DNA of 44,986 nucleotides, taken from Macrostomum lignano (Eukaryota). Under the pieces are notes generated by a model. The model searched no databases. It saw only the letters and a list, made by a program, of their open reading frames with translations, and was not told the DNA's origin. Every line of letters begins with the position of its first letter. Within the stretch, counting starts at the first letter, position 1. Positions 18,850 to 31,880 of the stretch are shown here, piece by piece. The translations under genes were made by a program, and so were the position numbers. The stretch is from NCBI GenBank assembly GCA_002269645.1, contig NIVC01004459.1, positions 1-44,986 on the forward strand, read 5' to 3'.

Positions 18850-20374
18850 ATGCCGTTAGAAACCCTCTTCGCTGGTTGTTTTCTGTTGCACACTTGTCTC
18901 TGGTGCTGCATGGCCTCCGCAACGCCGAGTCTGCTGGGTTTTCAGTACATCGGCTGCTATGCGGACGGCGATGACAGCAACCGAGACTTGCGAGGACTTC
19001 AAGGCATTGTCAAGTTCGGTCCGTACGCCACGAAACCGACTGTGCCCGCCTTTGTGCAGAAGCCGGGCGAGATGACGCTGCAACTGTGCGCCGACATCTG
19101 CAATTACGGCCGATTCCGCTACTTCGGAGTTCAGTTCGCCGAGTTCTGCTGCTGCGGGTCGGCCTACGTCTCTCTCGGAGCCGCTCCTGACTCCCAATGC
19201 AACCTCAAATGCGGCGGGAATGCATCGCAGGTGTGCGGTGGTGCCTATAGAAATTCAATCTATGAAATCACCTACCCGAAGTGTAAGCGAATGAAATGTT
19301 TATCAGTATGGGTGACTTTGGCGTCGTGCACATGATGGGTTCCGTTCGGGTGTGTATGTTGAAAGGAATAAGCTTGTAAGCTGAAGCTTTGAATGCAGGC
19401 CAGCACCAGGGGCTTTAGCACCAGGGGCGCCAGCACCAGGGGCGCCAGCACCAGGGGCTTTAGCACCAGGGGCGCCAGCACCAGGGGCGCCAGCACCAGG
19501 GGCGCCAGCACCAGGGGCGCCAGCACCAGGGGCGCCAGTATAATGGGCGCCAGCACCAGGGGCGCCAGCACCAGGGGCGCCAGCACCAGGGGCGCCAGCA
19601 CCAGGGGCGCCAGCACCAGGGGCGCCAGCACCAGGGGCGCCAGCACCAGGGGCGCCAGCACCAGGGGCGCCAGCACCAGGGGCGCCAGCACCAGGGGCGC
19701 CAGCACCAGGGGCGCCAGCACCAGGGGCGCCAGCACCAGGGGCGCCAGCACCAGGGGCGCCAGCACCAGGGGCGCCAGCACCAGGGGCGCCAGCACCAGG
19801 GGCGCCAGCACCAGGGGCGCCAGCACCAGGGGCGCCAGTATAATGGGCGCCAGCACCAGGGGCGCCAGCACCAGGGTCGCCAGTATAATGGGCGCCAGCA
19901 CCAGGGGCGCCAGCACCAGGGGCGCCAGCACCAGGGGCGCCAGCACCAGGGGCGCCAGCACCAGGGGCGCCAGCACCAGGGGCGCCAGCACCAGGGGCGC
20001 CAGCACCAGGGGCGCCAGTATAATGGGCGCCAGCACCAGGGGCGCCAGCACCAGGGGCTCAATATTTTATGCTTTAGAACAGCAATTGGATTGCTAGCAA
20101 AATATCAAATCACCATTTATTCCAACCAGATGAAAACATTTCGAAGAAGCTGGCAGCTGCATCGATGCCCAACATGAGCAGCGCTCAGAGCTCCATCACT
20201 CACAGCAGTTTCCCAGCCAGAGTTGAATTCGAGTGCAGCGCCGCCTGCCACAGCAGCCCGAGCTGCCTGGGCAGCGCCTTCTCGCCATCAGGCCGCATGT
20301 GCCGCCTGCTGAAGCTCCACGCTGTGCCCGAGGAATTGGCCAGCGAGTTCGAGTACGTCTGGATGAAGCCGTGA
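18850..20374 (+). CDS. Secreted WSC + PAN/apple domain protein; exons 18850-19282 and 20130-20374
   Basis: Signal peptide; WSC YIGCYAD..MTLQLCADIC..YFGVQ..CCCG..C..C.GN..CGG; phase-1 intron GTAAGC..CCAACCAG joins in frame to ECSAACHSSPSCLGSAFSPSGRMCRLL..WMKP stop. Confidence 0.88.
19398..20057. repeat. 15-bp GC-rich intronic minisatellite (GGCGCCAGCACCAGG), about 44 copies
   Basis: Directly visible; four GGCGCCAGTATAATG-type variant units; lies entirely within intron 19283-20129. Confidence 0.97.
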
Positions 20375-21014
20375 GGCTGGGGGCAGCCAGCAGCTGCCAG
20401 AATGGAATCAATTGCAATAACTAGCCAATTAGAACTCTGGGAATGTTGAACGAAGGCTGGTGGAATGGGTCTGAAGCATCCATTCGTTATTTAATTGGAA
20501 CTCAATGAAGCCAGAATCTATCTGGTGTCTTTACTGGTGTACTTTTACTGTCTTGTTTTCCGTTCTTAAGCCTGTCAGTCTATCCTACTCACGAGACAGA
20601 TGCTTTTGAGTTTGAACTCAGAGTTGAGTACCAAGTTTCTTCGTTTAATCTGTTCGCTGTAGTTTACTTTGTCTTTTTAACAACTTGATACTTGCAGCGT
20701 TGTGCCTGTTTCAATATAAACAGATCCACAATTAAAATGTTTTGTTTTAATTATCAATCAATATGAACTGCATCAATGGGCGATTCTTACAGGAAACAAA
20801 TTGCTCAATGAGTAGTCTCGGTGCGTGCCAGTTGACTTCGCTGGCTAAATGAAACTGACGGCTTCGAGAATCGAGTTTACGAGTAGGTCTGCTAGGCGCG
20901 TATTGCGACTGTACAATGCAAAGCTGATCAGCATAAAGCAGGTCGGAGGTAAATATTATCGAGACTTGTTCCTTTGAGGTAAGAATTGCTCGCTTGGCGA
21001 TGAGAAGAAATGAG

Positions 21015-21830
21015 CAGTGTTGGACACTTCCGTTACCGAGTAACTTGCAAATGGTAACGCAAGTTGCTTTTTCGTAAAGCGTTCCTTACGCAAGTTACTT
21101 TTTTATTTTAGTAACGGAGTAACGGTAAGTTACTCAAATTTCGGAAGTCCGTTACAGTTACTTTGGAACAACAATCGCAATATTTAAATTTAAAACTGAA
21201 ATGCTTAGCTAGTACGCCGGTTGTCACATGTTTTTGCATTTTTCATTCCTAAATTCAAAATTAAGTAAATAGTATCCCATGGTATTGCGCCTAATTAATG
21301 AAGAAATACTTGAAACATGTTTTACTTTGTTAATTTCGGTAAAATATTTTCGCCCTTCATTTTCAATTTACTAAAAATTTTCAAGTTTGATTCAAACAAA
21401 CATCCAAAGAAAGAAAGTCATCTGTAGTCTCCACAAGTCCCTCCACTGGCACTGCAGTACACTTCACCATTTTATACAGTTCTATTTATTTTACTCTATT
21501 GAATTATTGATATTTGTTTATTTTATCATATTTTGTTTAGTTTATTTAATTATTGATTGCCATTGCCATTGGTCCTTCTACTTGCCTCGCATCGTGTCGC
21601 CAATTCCTGTCTCTGTCTGTTAATCGGTTAATCCCAATGCCCAATGGCAAATTTTGGTAACAACAGTGTGAAAAAAATGTGCAATGTGAAAAACGCAGAA
21701 AATTTTGTTAATAACAAGGGTAACGGAAGTGAGTAAAGGACAGTAACTTAAAAGTTACCGGGTTTTTGTCTAAAGTTACTAGGCTAACGTAAGTTACTTT
21801 TTAAAATTGATAACCTAAGTTACAACACTG
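21015..21830. mobile_element. Non-autonomous hAT-like DNA transposon (MITE)
   Basis: CAGTGTTG...CAACACTG termini, many subterminal GTAAC/GTTAC motifs, imperfect 8-bp TSD GAAATGAG / GAAATGTT; no ORF. Confidence 0.7.
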
Positions 21831-22009
21831 GAAATGTTGTAACGAGAATCAACGCTAAAGGTGAATTTTTGTGCATTTATGGTACAATACAAAATAAAAA
21901 ATGGACAGTGAAAAATCTAGGTCCGCGGGCCACATGCGGCTGCTCGCTATTCTGCTCTCGGGTCCTTTGAAACTTCAAAAGAAAAAGAACAGAGAATAAC
22001 CGAGAAGAG

Positions 22010-22160
22010 CTGTCTCCTCTTAGCTCTATTCTAGCTCTTTTCCCTCTTTTCTTATTTCCTTTCTTCTCCCCTCTCATCTTTCTAGCCTTCTCTCATCTTA
22101 TCTTCATTCTCTTTTCTCTTTTATCTCCTCCATTCCCTCTCCTTACCTCTCCCACCTGGC
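22010..22160. repeat. CT-rich low-complexity tract
   Basis: Directly visible. Confidence 0.8.
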
Positions 22161-23300
22161 CCGCAACAACAAGCTGGATTCTTTATCAGGGCCTTGAGGT
22201 AAGAATAGTTTTCTGTTTCCTGCTTAAACAATCTTGACTATACCAAAGGCTGACTCTACCAAAGGCCTTGGCTTCTCTCTATTGTGTTTAGTCTCTCCGG
22301 TCTCAGGTGAAATTGAGCCCCATCGCTTAGGAAAATAGAAGCATTTAAACAATTGTGAATTTCCATTTCGAGACCGACACTGAGCCCCGTCTAAACAAAA
22401 CGCGGAGCAGACTCGCTCCTTCTTTTGTAAGATACTCAAAATCAGTAGCTAGGGGGTTCGCTCTGCCCTCGCAGGGGCAGCAGAGTTGGGGGTTTTCGCA
22501 TTGGTTAAGTTGGATGCGGATCTCGTCCCGTGGCCAGCTAATCCGCGGTAGCTTTTGATCGATCTGCTTGTCCTCAGATCTTCTCTGGGTCGGGCTGGCT
22601 GATTGAAATGATGGAGTTTGCTCTTCTATTTGAAAATTTATACCCATTTGAAACTACTGAAATTAGCCAGTTGTAAAAATTACTGCAGCGAAGTCGGGCT
22701 GATGGCTGAAGAATCGCACTGAAGCCGGGACCCTGGTAGCTCCGGCCGGTGCTTCTAGCGCCAGCGCCGCCGCACCGGGGCCACAAGCCTGCATGCGCAA
22801 CTGGGTGCTCCGCGGAGGCCCGACGTGCTCTCAACGGCGACGGCGACAACGAGAAGCTGCGGGCCGGCCACCTGCGGAGGGGAAGCCTAGGGAGGACGAG
22901 GCTGCTTTTGGGCCGAAAAGAGCCTCAGCGAACCCTGTTGGTGGATCCAACCCCCGCTGGTGAGCCGCCTAGCAAGCCTACAACCAGCGCAGCCGGGCCT
23001 TCGGGAACCGCCGCCACCAACTACGCCTCAAAGGTCAAGCACCTACCGGCAATTATGTAACGAGGTGCACTCGAAGATAGTTCATTAGTTTGCTTGTATT
23101 TCGGTTCCGTTCGTGAAGCGTATTGACCTAAGTATCGAGATAAACTTTTAATTTTCTATCTTAAATGAAAAAGCACTAATTTGCTTAAAACCATGTTAAA
23201 GTGCATTGCGCACGTACTAAGCGTGTTACAGTAGCTCGTAGTACTCGTAGCAAGATAATGCAGAATCTATCTATCTATCTTTCTAACTGTCTACTATCTG

Positions 23301-23517
23301 GGAAGAGAGGAGAGGGGAGAGAGGAGAAGAGAGACAGGAGAGGAGAAAGAGGAATGAGGAGAGAGGAGAGAAGAAAGAGGTGAGGGGAGAGAGGAGAAGG
23401 GAGAGAGGAGAGGAGAGAGAGGAGAGAGGAGAGAAGAGAGAGGAGAGGAGAGAGAGGAGAGAGGAGAGAGGAGAGAGGAGAGAGGAGAGAGGAGAGAGGA
23501 GAGAAGAGAGGAGAGGG
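23301..23517. repeat. GA-rich microsatellite (mostly GAGAGGA)
   Basis: Directly visible. Confidence 0.92.
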
Positions 23518-25036
23518 TAGTCGATAAGTACGGTCTGAAAGTCCGAGAACCTAAAAACGAAGAACGCTTTACAGATACAAAATACCCTAAATGGTCCAAT
23601 CAGCACTATCTTTGTGTCAATTTACCTTGCTACTACTATCTTTTTCAGTGGCATAAGCGTATACTTGCTTTATTTTTTGTTTTTAAAAAAAAAAAAAATA
23701 AAAGTGAGGGTAATGCGTGGGATTTGCAACTAAATGATAGGATCCTTGCCTCCAAGTTTTATGTATCATTTAGTTGAATAAAATAAATGTTGCTTTTTAC
23801 GCTTATACTACTCTGTATGGAACAAAGAGTAGTTTTGCTAAACATAGTTGAATAAATCATCTAGGGTATTTAGTATCTTTCCTTAGCTATCCAAGCCCTA
23901 TCTGAATTTTCACACATACATTGTGCTGATTAACGGAGAGCAGCACCGATATCCGCGTGTGTTCTTTGAAAAAAGGAACTTCTTTGTGAACGCGGGTTTC
24001 AAACTGATTATTTTAACGGTTTTGATCAAACGGCAATGCTGGGATGGCATTTGTCTACCTAAGCGTGACAATAAGCGTGTAATCACAATCGTATGCTAAG
24101 CTAAAGTTTCTCCAGGACTGAATTGCAATGAGGGCCTGAATATTTACGCAGTGTACCTGTAATTGGCCCCAAACTGCTAGCCAGTTTTATCAGTTCTGTC
24201 TTGATGGGATCAATCCCGTGTGTTTATTCACGTCAAGGCGCTATCAATAAATTTATTATCAATCTTAAGAGTCAAGAAATCATAAATTTAGGTTGCAGAA
24301 GACAGACTTTCAATGTTTATATCGCGACTTTCTTAGTCATTTCTTCAGTTCATTTGCACTTGTCTCTCTTTGCTCTGTCTTCTCTCCTTCTCTGTCCAGT
24401 TCAGTCTTGATATTCTTATCTCTCTCCCTCGCAGCCTTCTGATTGGCTCTTGAATCTCGCCTCTTTCCTTAGTCGCGCACTCCGCCCCTCATTCCCTATT
24501 CAGCACCCTTTCTGTCCAGTTCAGTCTTGCTATTCTTATCTCTCTCCCTCGCTAAATTTCCCGCTAAAATTCCCTCGCTAACCCCTAAATTTCTCATGTT
24601 TAATTTAAAACTATATGGAATTTGAATCGGCGCCATTCCCCTAGCTACTACGGCTTTTGCTACACCACACCCATAGCCCCAACAGCGGCTCCTCCATAAT
24701 GGGCTCTCGTATCCCACCCAGCCATCATGGGGCGAGCTCTGCAGGCTGACCCCACCGAGGCCAACACTCCTGCAGGAGAGAAATTAAAATTTGTGGGCTG
24801 GGCCCTCCCATGGGGCGGTCATAAACTGTCTACTTTATGCTTTTATGATGGGGGCACAAGCAAATTGAAGCTCCAATTAAGTTGGCTCGTAATTGCTTGC
24901 CAACTGTCAAAAAAATTGTATAGATTAGGAGTCAGCAAGATTTTTTACCTGATGGGCGAGAGAGAGACTCCAACTCATGACTGCGGCCTGCGAGCCACAT
25001 GAGAGTGGAAAGTAGAAAGAATAGAAGATGAGCTAG

Positions 25037-25265
25037 ATGAGAGAAGAGGAGAGAGGGGAGGGTAGAGGAGGGAAGAGAAGAAATAAGAGAGAGGGAGAGT
25101 AGGATAAACGGGAGATAAGAGGAGAGAGGGAAGAGAAGAGAGGGGAGAAAGGGGAGATAAGAGGAGAGAGGGAAGAGAAGAGAGGGGAGAAAGGGGAGAG
25201 AAGGGGAGAGAGGGAATAGTAAAGGAGAGAGGGGAGAGAAGAGTAGAGACAGTGAGTGAGAAGAG
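25037..25265. repeat. GA-rich low-complexity tract
   Basis: Directly visible. Confidence 0.88.
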
Positions 25266-26208
25266 CGATGAGAAACAATGATTGGCTTAAAATGGCTTTG
25301 CTCATTTTTGAAAAAATATCCCTCCGTACGAGCGTATACACTTGTTTATGCATACTGATACTTGTCTGAGTGCAAGAATAGTACTGTATATAGACTAGCC
25401 ATTTTGGCGTCCTTCGGTGCGAAACGCGCATGCTGAAAAGATAAGATTTGAATCTGAAGAACAATACTCAAACAATTTATGGCCAAGAGGCGGACAAATT
25501 AAAAGAAAAATACTACCTCGTAATTACTCGTATGTAACTTTGCTAGAAAAGATATATTAGCGATTGGTCTTTTAGTTTGTAGGTAAAATTTTAGACTTCC
25601 AAGTTTTGCATGACTAAAAAATAGAGACTTTTTTGGTCAGCAGAAAAAATAGTATTGGCAAGAGAAAAAACAACAGAAAATTGTTTGCTGGTCGGAAAGT
25701 GAACATAAACAGCAAGGGCCGAAATGAAACCAAGGGGATACATATACATGTAGCTTGCGGGTGCACACAAATTCACATTAAAATTTAGATGTTAAGTTCA
25801 AATAAGGTAAAATTTATTAAAGAAAAATATAGTAATTTTTCTTGTTCCAGTATCTTTAATTTAATTTCATTATTATTTTTTCAGCTGAAGTTCGCGTTTT
25901 TGCAGTCGATCAAATTTTGTTGAAATGGTTGAACACAACTCCGAAGATTCAAAATTGGTTTCGCTGGCTGGCTAAGCAGATTTGAAGTTGTAGGCGCGGT
26001 TTTTTTTCTAAAATTCTGTAAAGTAAAAAGACAGGTGACCCTTTTCAGTTACCTGCTTTATTCAGCAATGCACAACTTAGCAATATAAAACATGTAAGCT
26101 TTCGAGCCAAGCAAAAACTACTGCTGTAACCTATCATCCCCCAGTTGAATATACACGTACTGTACTGCGATCCCAAAAAATCGGACACCACAGTGCTCAA
26201 ATCTCTTG

Positions 26209-27325
26209 CTAACCTTGGATGCCGTAGGCCATGAACTCGCAGATGGTGACGGGCTCTGCCGGATTGCTGCGACTCAAGATTCGGATTTTCGAGCCGTGGG
26301 CGTTGCAGATAAAGTTGGAAACAGTGAACGGAGTGCTGCGCCTCACCTGGTTACACACAGACCCGTCCACAAGAATGTCGAACTTGTTTAGTGCCTTAGC
26401 GCAGCAGTCCTGCCTGTTGTAGATGGTGACGAATGACACGAGAGATGGAGCCGTGAGACTGCCTTCCCACCACTCACTGAGGCCGTTGTGGGTGTGAGTG
26501 CAGGAGTTTTGATCATAAAATGGATTCGTGTTGCCGTCGATGGCGCGTCTGCACGACACCATCGATGAGCTTTCGCTGCAGCTGGCAATCGACAGTTTCT
26601 TAGGTGTAAAATCTGTAATTTAGGTACGTGCAAGCAGTTATTTGTTGTCGTTGCGCTCACGCGATAATACATTTAATCAGACGCAACGCAGATGCGCACT
26701 GACGAAACCAGGAATTTTAATTGGAGGGGCGCAGTCCTAAGGTGCGCCAGCATTTGGTGTTCTGTTGGACACTGTCTCTTAATGGGCACCCCTGTCTCTT
26801 GGTGAGCTTCCAGCTGTCTCTTGACGGGTCTTATCTCCACGGCAGGTGTCAGGCATGTCAAAGATGGGACAAAAGTTGCGCTCTTATGCATGTCATTCGT
26901 ATAGCTTGTTGTCCTTTTTTAATAAGTTTCTGGAGAGCGCGATTTTTTCGGGTCACGGCCTCCCTTCTGCAAAAGCTACTGCGGATGCACAATATGCAAC
27001 TGCTATCAGGTGACTCACCTCGTACGAAGACGTCACACGTGCCGATGCTGTCCCAGGCGCTGGCATTGAAAAACGCCTTCAAGTCGAACAGCCGGCACGC
27101 GCCGAGCAGCCAGTAGAAGCCGAAACAGTCGGACCTGCGGCTGCACACAATGCCGCAGCCGATTTCGCTGTCTTCGGGCTGCACCAGAAGCTCCGACGGA
27201 GCGACAGCACTGCTCGTCCTGGCAGCGGAGAACTGCACACCCGAACTGACGACTTCCGCAGCCATTGCAGCTGTCAAGCAGACAGAAAGCACGACTTCAA
27301 AGGTGCATCTTCTCCGGTAAGTCAT
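26209..27325 (-). CDS. Secreted PAN/apple + F-type (fucolectin/FTP) lectin protein; exons 27325-27019 and 26612-26209
   Basis: Signal peptide; GCGIVCSRRSDCFGFYWLLGACRL (PAN); phase-1 intron GTGAGT..ATTACAG joins in frame to RAIDGN..SCTHT..EWWEGSL..VTIYNRQDCC..VTICEFMAYG (F-type lectin fold motifs). Confidence 0.87.
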
Positions 27326-28295
27326 GTCGGTATTCCTGTCTGAACTGTTGATCGAAATAACTCAGAATTATCAAATTCGGTGAGGTGGGACTCGGTATTG
27401 AAGGGCTAGTGTTGAAGAGGATCTAAGCCGAACTCAACTGAACAAAGACGTGATTAGACTGAGGACAGGTGAGACGGTTATGGGAACTCAAATACGCGGG
27501 TATCGCAGACTCACCAGTTTAGTCGTAAATTTTTTATTTGTGAAATAATTATCGTCACTGGCCCAGTAGGAGAGGCTGCCACCACTTTAACTTATCCAGT
27601 TGAAAACGGTTGAAAACGGTAAGCGACCAATAGCGGACTCTTGAAAGCTGCTGAATGCATCATGCGCTTTGGACAGCTGAAGCAGCTGATGGACGCTGGA
27701 GGCTGGTGTTTGCTGCAGAATGAGAGATAGGGAGTTTGCAGTTTCTGAGCACTAAATTCCTACAATATTTCTCACTCTGCTATCTGCCATAGTTTTCTTG
27801 GCTTGGGATAATTGGCATTGCCTTTCTGTATTGTCTTTATTATCTAATCATATTAGCAAATGCAGTCGGTTATTTTTAGTTCAATCATGCGTTGGTTTTA
27901 CAGTTTATCCAAATTTGGTCATTTTTTAACTCATCAACTTTGTGTTTTCACTTACGCGTGTTGTTGATTGCGCTGGCAGTGCGTTGCAGTCCCGCAGTGC
28001 AGTGCTCAATGAGTAAAAATCGTGTAGTGAAATGCGGTAGATTAGTTTGTTTTTTTTTTTGAAGCCTTCACTGGGTAAAGTTGTACGTCACGCATTTCTT
28101 TGAGATAGGAGTTCCTGCACTTTTGGATGGTTCGTGCAGTTTTGTGCTTAGTTGTTACTCTGGTGCTCGCAGCTGGTGACAGCTCATCTTTCTCTAATTT
28201 CGCTCTGTTTGTGTGAGCTTCGAGTGTCTAAGGCGTGCACTTCTCTTACCTGTTTCATTTCGTCTAGCGTCTCTGCGTCTGCAGTTGGTGTTGTC

Positions 28296-28335
28296 TGTGT
28301 GTGTGAGTGTGTGTGTGTGTGTGTGAGTGTGTGTG
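28296..28335. repeat. (GT)n microsatellite
   Basis: Directly visible. Confidence 0.9.
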
Positions 28336-28451
28336 CAGGTTGGGGTGTTAGGTGGTTTGTCTGCTGCCAGCTCGGAGGGGTGCTACCTGGTTGTCAATGT
28401 CTGAAGATTGCACGGAATTCGGTTCACTAATAATAAATGTAAATCCAATGT

Positions 28452-30375
28452 TTAACTCCCAGTGATTAATTGTTCTCCAATGCTTAATTCCCAGTGATTA
28501 ATTGTTCTCCAATGCTTAATTCCCGGTAATTAATTGTTCTCCAATGCTTAATTCCCAGTGATTAATTGTTCTCCAATGCTTAATTCCCAGTGATTAATTG
28601 TTCTCCAATGCTTAATTCCCGGTAATTAATTGTTCTCCAATGCTTAATTCCCAGTGATTAATTGTTCTCCAATGCTTAATTCCCGGTAATTAATTGTTCT
28701 CCAATGCTTAATTCCCAGTGATTAATTGTTCTCCAATGCTTAATTCCCGGTAATTAATTGTTCTCCAATGCTTAATTCCCAGTGATTAATTGTACTCCAA
28801 TGCTTAATTCCCGGTAATTAATTGTTCTCCAATGCTTAATTCCCGGTAATTAATTGTTCTCCAATGCTTAATTCCCGGTAATTAATTGTTCTCCAATGCT
28901 TAATTCCCAGTGATTAATTGTTCTCCAATGCTTAATTCCCGGTGATTAATTGTTCTCCAATGCTTAATTCCCAGTGATTAATTGTACTCCAATGCTTAAT
29001 TCCCAGTGATTAATTGTTCTCCAATGCTTAATTCCCGGTGATTAATTGTTCTCCAATGCTTAATTCCCAGTGATTAATTGTACTCCAATGCTTAATTCCC
29101 AGTGATTAATTGTTCTCCAATGCTTAATTCCCAGTGATTAATTGTTCTCCAATGCTTAATTCCCAGTGATTAATTGTACTCCAATGCTTAATTCCCAGTG
29201 ATTAATTGTACTCCAATGCTTAATTCCCAGTGATTAATTGTACTCCAATGCTTAATTCCCAGTGATTAATTGTACTCCAATGCTTAATTCCCAGTGATTA
29301 ATTGTTCTCCAATGCTTAATTCCCAGTGATTAATTGTTCTCCAATGCTTAATTCCCAGTGATTAATTGTTCTCCAATGCTTAATTCCCAGTGATTAATTG
29401 TACTCCAATGCTTAATTCCCAGTGATTAATTGTACTCCAATGCTTAATTCCCAGTGATTAATTGTTCTCCAATGCTTAATTCCCAGTGATTAATTGTTCT
29501 CCAATGCTTAATTCCCAGTGATTAATTGTTCTCCAATGCTTAATTCCCAGTGATTAATTGTACTCCAATGCTTAATTCCCAGTGATTAATTGTACTCCAA
29601 TGCTTAATTCCCAGTGATTAATTGTACTCCAATGCTTAATTCCCAGTGATTAATTGTACTCCAATGCTTAATTCCCAGTGATTAATTGTTCTCCAATGCT
29701 TAATTCCCAGTGATTAATTGTTCTCCAATGCTTAATTCCCAGTGATTAATTGTTCTCCAATGCTTAATTCCCAGTGATTAATTGTACTCCAATGCTTAAT
29801 TCCCAGTGATTAATTGTACTCCAATGCTTAATTCCCAGTGATTAATTGTACTCCAATGCTTAATTCCCAGTGATTAATTGTACTCCAATGCTTAATTCCC
29901 GGTGATTAATTGTACTCCAATGCTTAATTCCCAGTGATTAATTGTACTCCAATGCTTAATTCCCAGTGATTAATTGTACTCCAATGTTAAATTCCCGGTG
30001 ATTAATTGTACTCCAATGCTTAATTCCCAGTGATTAATTGTTCTCCAATGCTTAATTCCCAGTGATTAATTGTTCTCCAATGCTTAATTCCCAGTGATTA
30101 ATTGTTCTCCAATGCTTAATTCCCAGTGATTAATTGTACTCCAATGCTTAATTCCCGGTGATTAATTGTTCTCCAATGCTTAATACCCAGTGATTAATTG
30201 TTCTCCAATGCTTAATTCCCGGTGATTAATTGTTCTCCAATGCTTAATACCCAGTGATTAATTGTTCTCCAATGCTTAATTCCCGGTGATTAATTGTACT
30301 CCAATGCTTAATTCCCAGTGATTAATTGTTCTCCAATGCTAAATTCCCGGTGATTTATTTTTCTCCAATGCTTAC
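28452..30375. repeat. 32-bp satellite, about 60 copies (TTCCCAGTGATTAATTGTTCTCCAATGCTTAA)
   Basis: Period 32 measured (28461 to 28493); a few recurrent single-base variants. Confidence 0.98.
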
Positions 30376-31667
30376 TCCCATTGGGGAGCCCAAATCAAGT
30401 CATAGGGGTGAAAAATTCTTCCGTATCTTCCGCATCAAGGAGCCCATGGAGGGCCAGTGTTTCGGTACGGAGGAGGAGGTGAAATAATCATACAGGGTGG
30501 GAGTCACAGCAATGGCGAACAATGGCAAGAGTGCTAGCATTGCCACCTGGGAGCCTGCCACCTCCCACAACCCTCCATCGGCAGGCACGGCCGGCGTCCA
30601 CCTCGTAAAGTATTTAGATTTTTTACTCATAGCAGAATAATAGCTCAGAGTTTAGCCCAGGATTGACAGCCTCCCATTAAGTGAAGTTACTGTGTGCTTA
30701 TAAAGTTTGTGAACGACTGGTGGATTTAATTGATAGCACCGTTTACCAGAACTATTTAAAAAAAAACATTTTCTAACTTTTACGCTCGTACCTACTACCA
30801 TGCCTGTCTCGATAACTGCAGTAACCTTTTAGACGAACCCAAACAAACAAACAAACAAAGTATATAAGTGACAAATCTTCGTCAATGGTGGGGTCAATCA
30901 GTGTTGCTGATGGAGCGGAGGAGTTGCTGCGAATGGAACGGCAAGTCTGGAAAAACCTCGAGATACAGTTAATGATTTGGATAAGACAGGTGAGCGCAAA
31001 AAAATTGGCCAAACCTGCGCCGCAGGGAGCTCGGAGTCTGCGCTGTGACGCCACGATCGTATACTTTTTTGCACGTTTTTTAATCTACATTAACTTTAAC
31101 TTCCCTGTCTCTCATCAACTTTCCTTTGCGCAAAAGTTACAGATTCATGTATAGTCATGCCGGTTTTATCCTATAATGTATTAATAGCATTGCAGTGTAT
31201 AACAAGTTGGTTCAGAATTGTGTACGAGTACAATGATATAAATAGTTTCCAATGCAATAACCTTCTATTAGTAATTTTAGTAAAAACGACGTTTTCACTT
31301 GAGTTTTCTGACACTCACTGAGTCAGCCTCACAAAAAACGGTTCATTTGGTAGATTCTTAGAAATTCGGTCCGAAATGTTTAGCCTCATCACAAGCATCA
31401 GCTGATTGATAATGAATTCGCAACACCTAAATAGGCTCGTACATGCCCTTCCCGGGAGAAATGTGAGCGGAGTTCTGAGATCTCTGCAGGACTTTCAGCT
31501 GGTCTTGCCGGTTCATAGTAGTTTAAGTAGAATCAAAGTATGGTTTTCAAGGTAGTAAATATCTCCAGGTTGAAAGTGACGCCCAGGACCTGCTGGTCAA
31601 AGGTGATCAGTGCGGGTAGATGGCTTAGTATAAAGTTTCTTGAGCGACTACCTGAGCAAGTTGTCGC

Positions 31668-31880
31668 TTGGTGGGGCGCCCCTTGTCTCATGGTGGGGCG
31701 CCGCTGTCTCTTGGTGGGGCGCCGCTGTCTCTTGATGGGGTGCCGCTGTCTCTTAGTGGGGCACCGCTGTCTCTTGGTGGGGCGCCCCTTGTCTCTTGGT
31801 GGGGCGCCGCTGTCTCTTGGTGGGGCGCCCCTTGTCTCTTGGTGGGGCGCCGCTGTCTCTTGGTGGGGCGCCGCTGTCTC
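31668..31880. repeat. 21-bp GC-rich minisatellite (TTGGTGGGGCGCCGCTGTCTC), about 10 copies
   Basis: Directly visible. Confidence 0.95.

Noticed and set aside
16077-20097. Long repetitive ORFs (SVPLSYLDNEG, CGELG/GVGNW/PHPNS, RGAST/LAPLV/RPWCW)
   Set aside because: They are open in several frames on both strands because the units (33, 15, 15 bp) are multiples of three without stops; one array is inside a well-supported intron.
22560-23060. GC-rich segment as a LINE 5' UTR/ORF1 start (NYASKVK)
   Set aside because: Only a vague motif; no RT, endonuclease, poly(A) or TSD. Left unannotated.
24180-25000. Possible second LTR (shares TATCAGTTCTGTCT with 14454; 39-bp internal repeat at about 24394/24514)
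   Set aside because: No TG..CA boundaries with a TSD could be found.
28452-30375. CRISPR-like appearance of the 32-bp and other arrays
   Set aside because: Units are head-to-tail with no unique spacers, there are no cas genes, and the context is eukaryotic.
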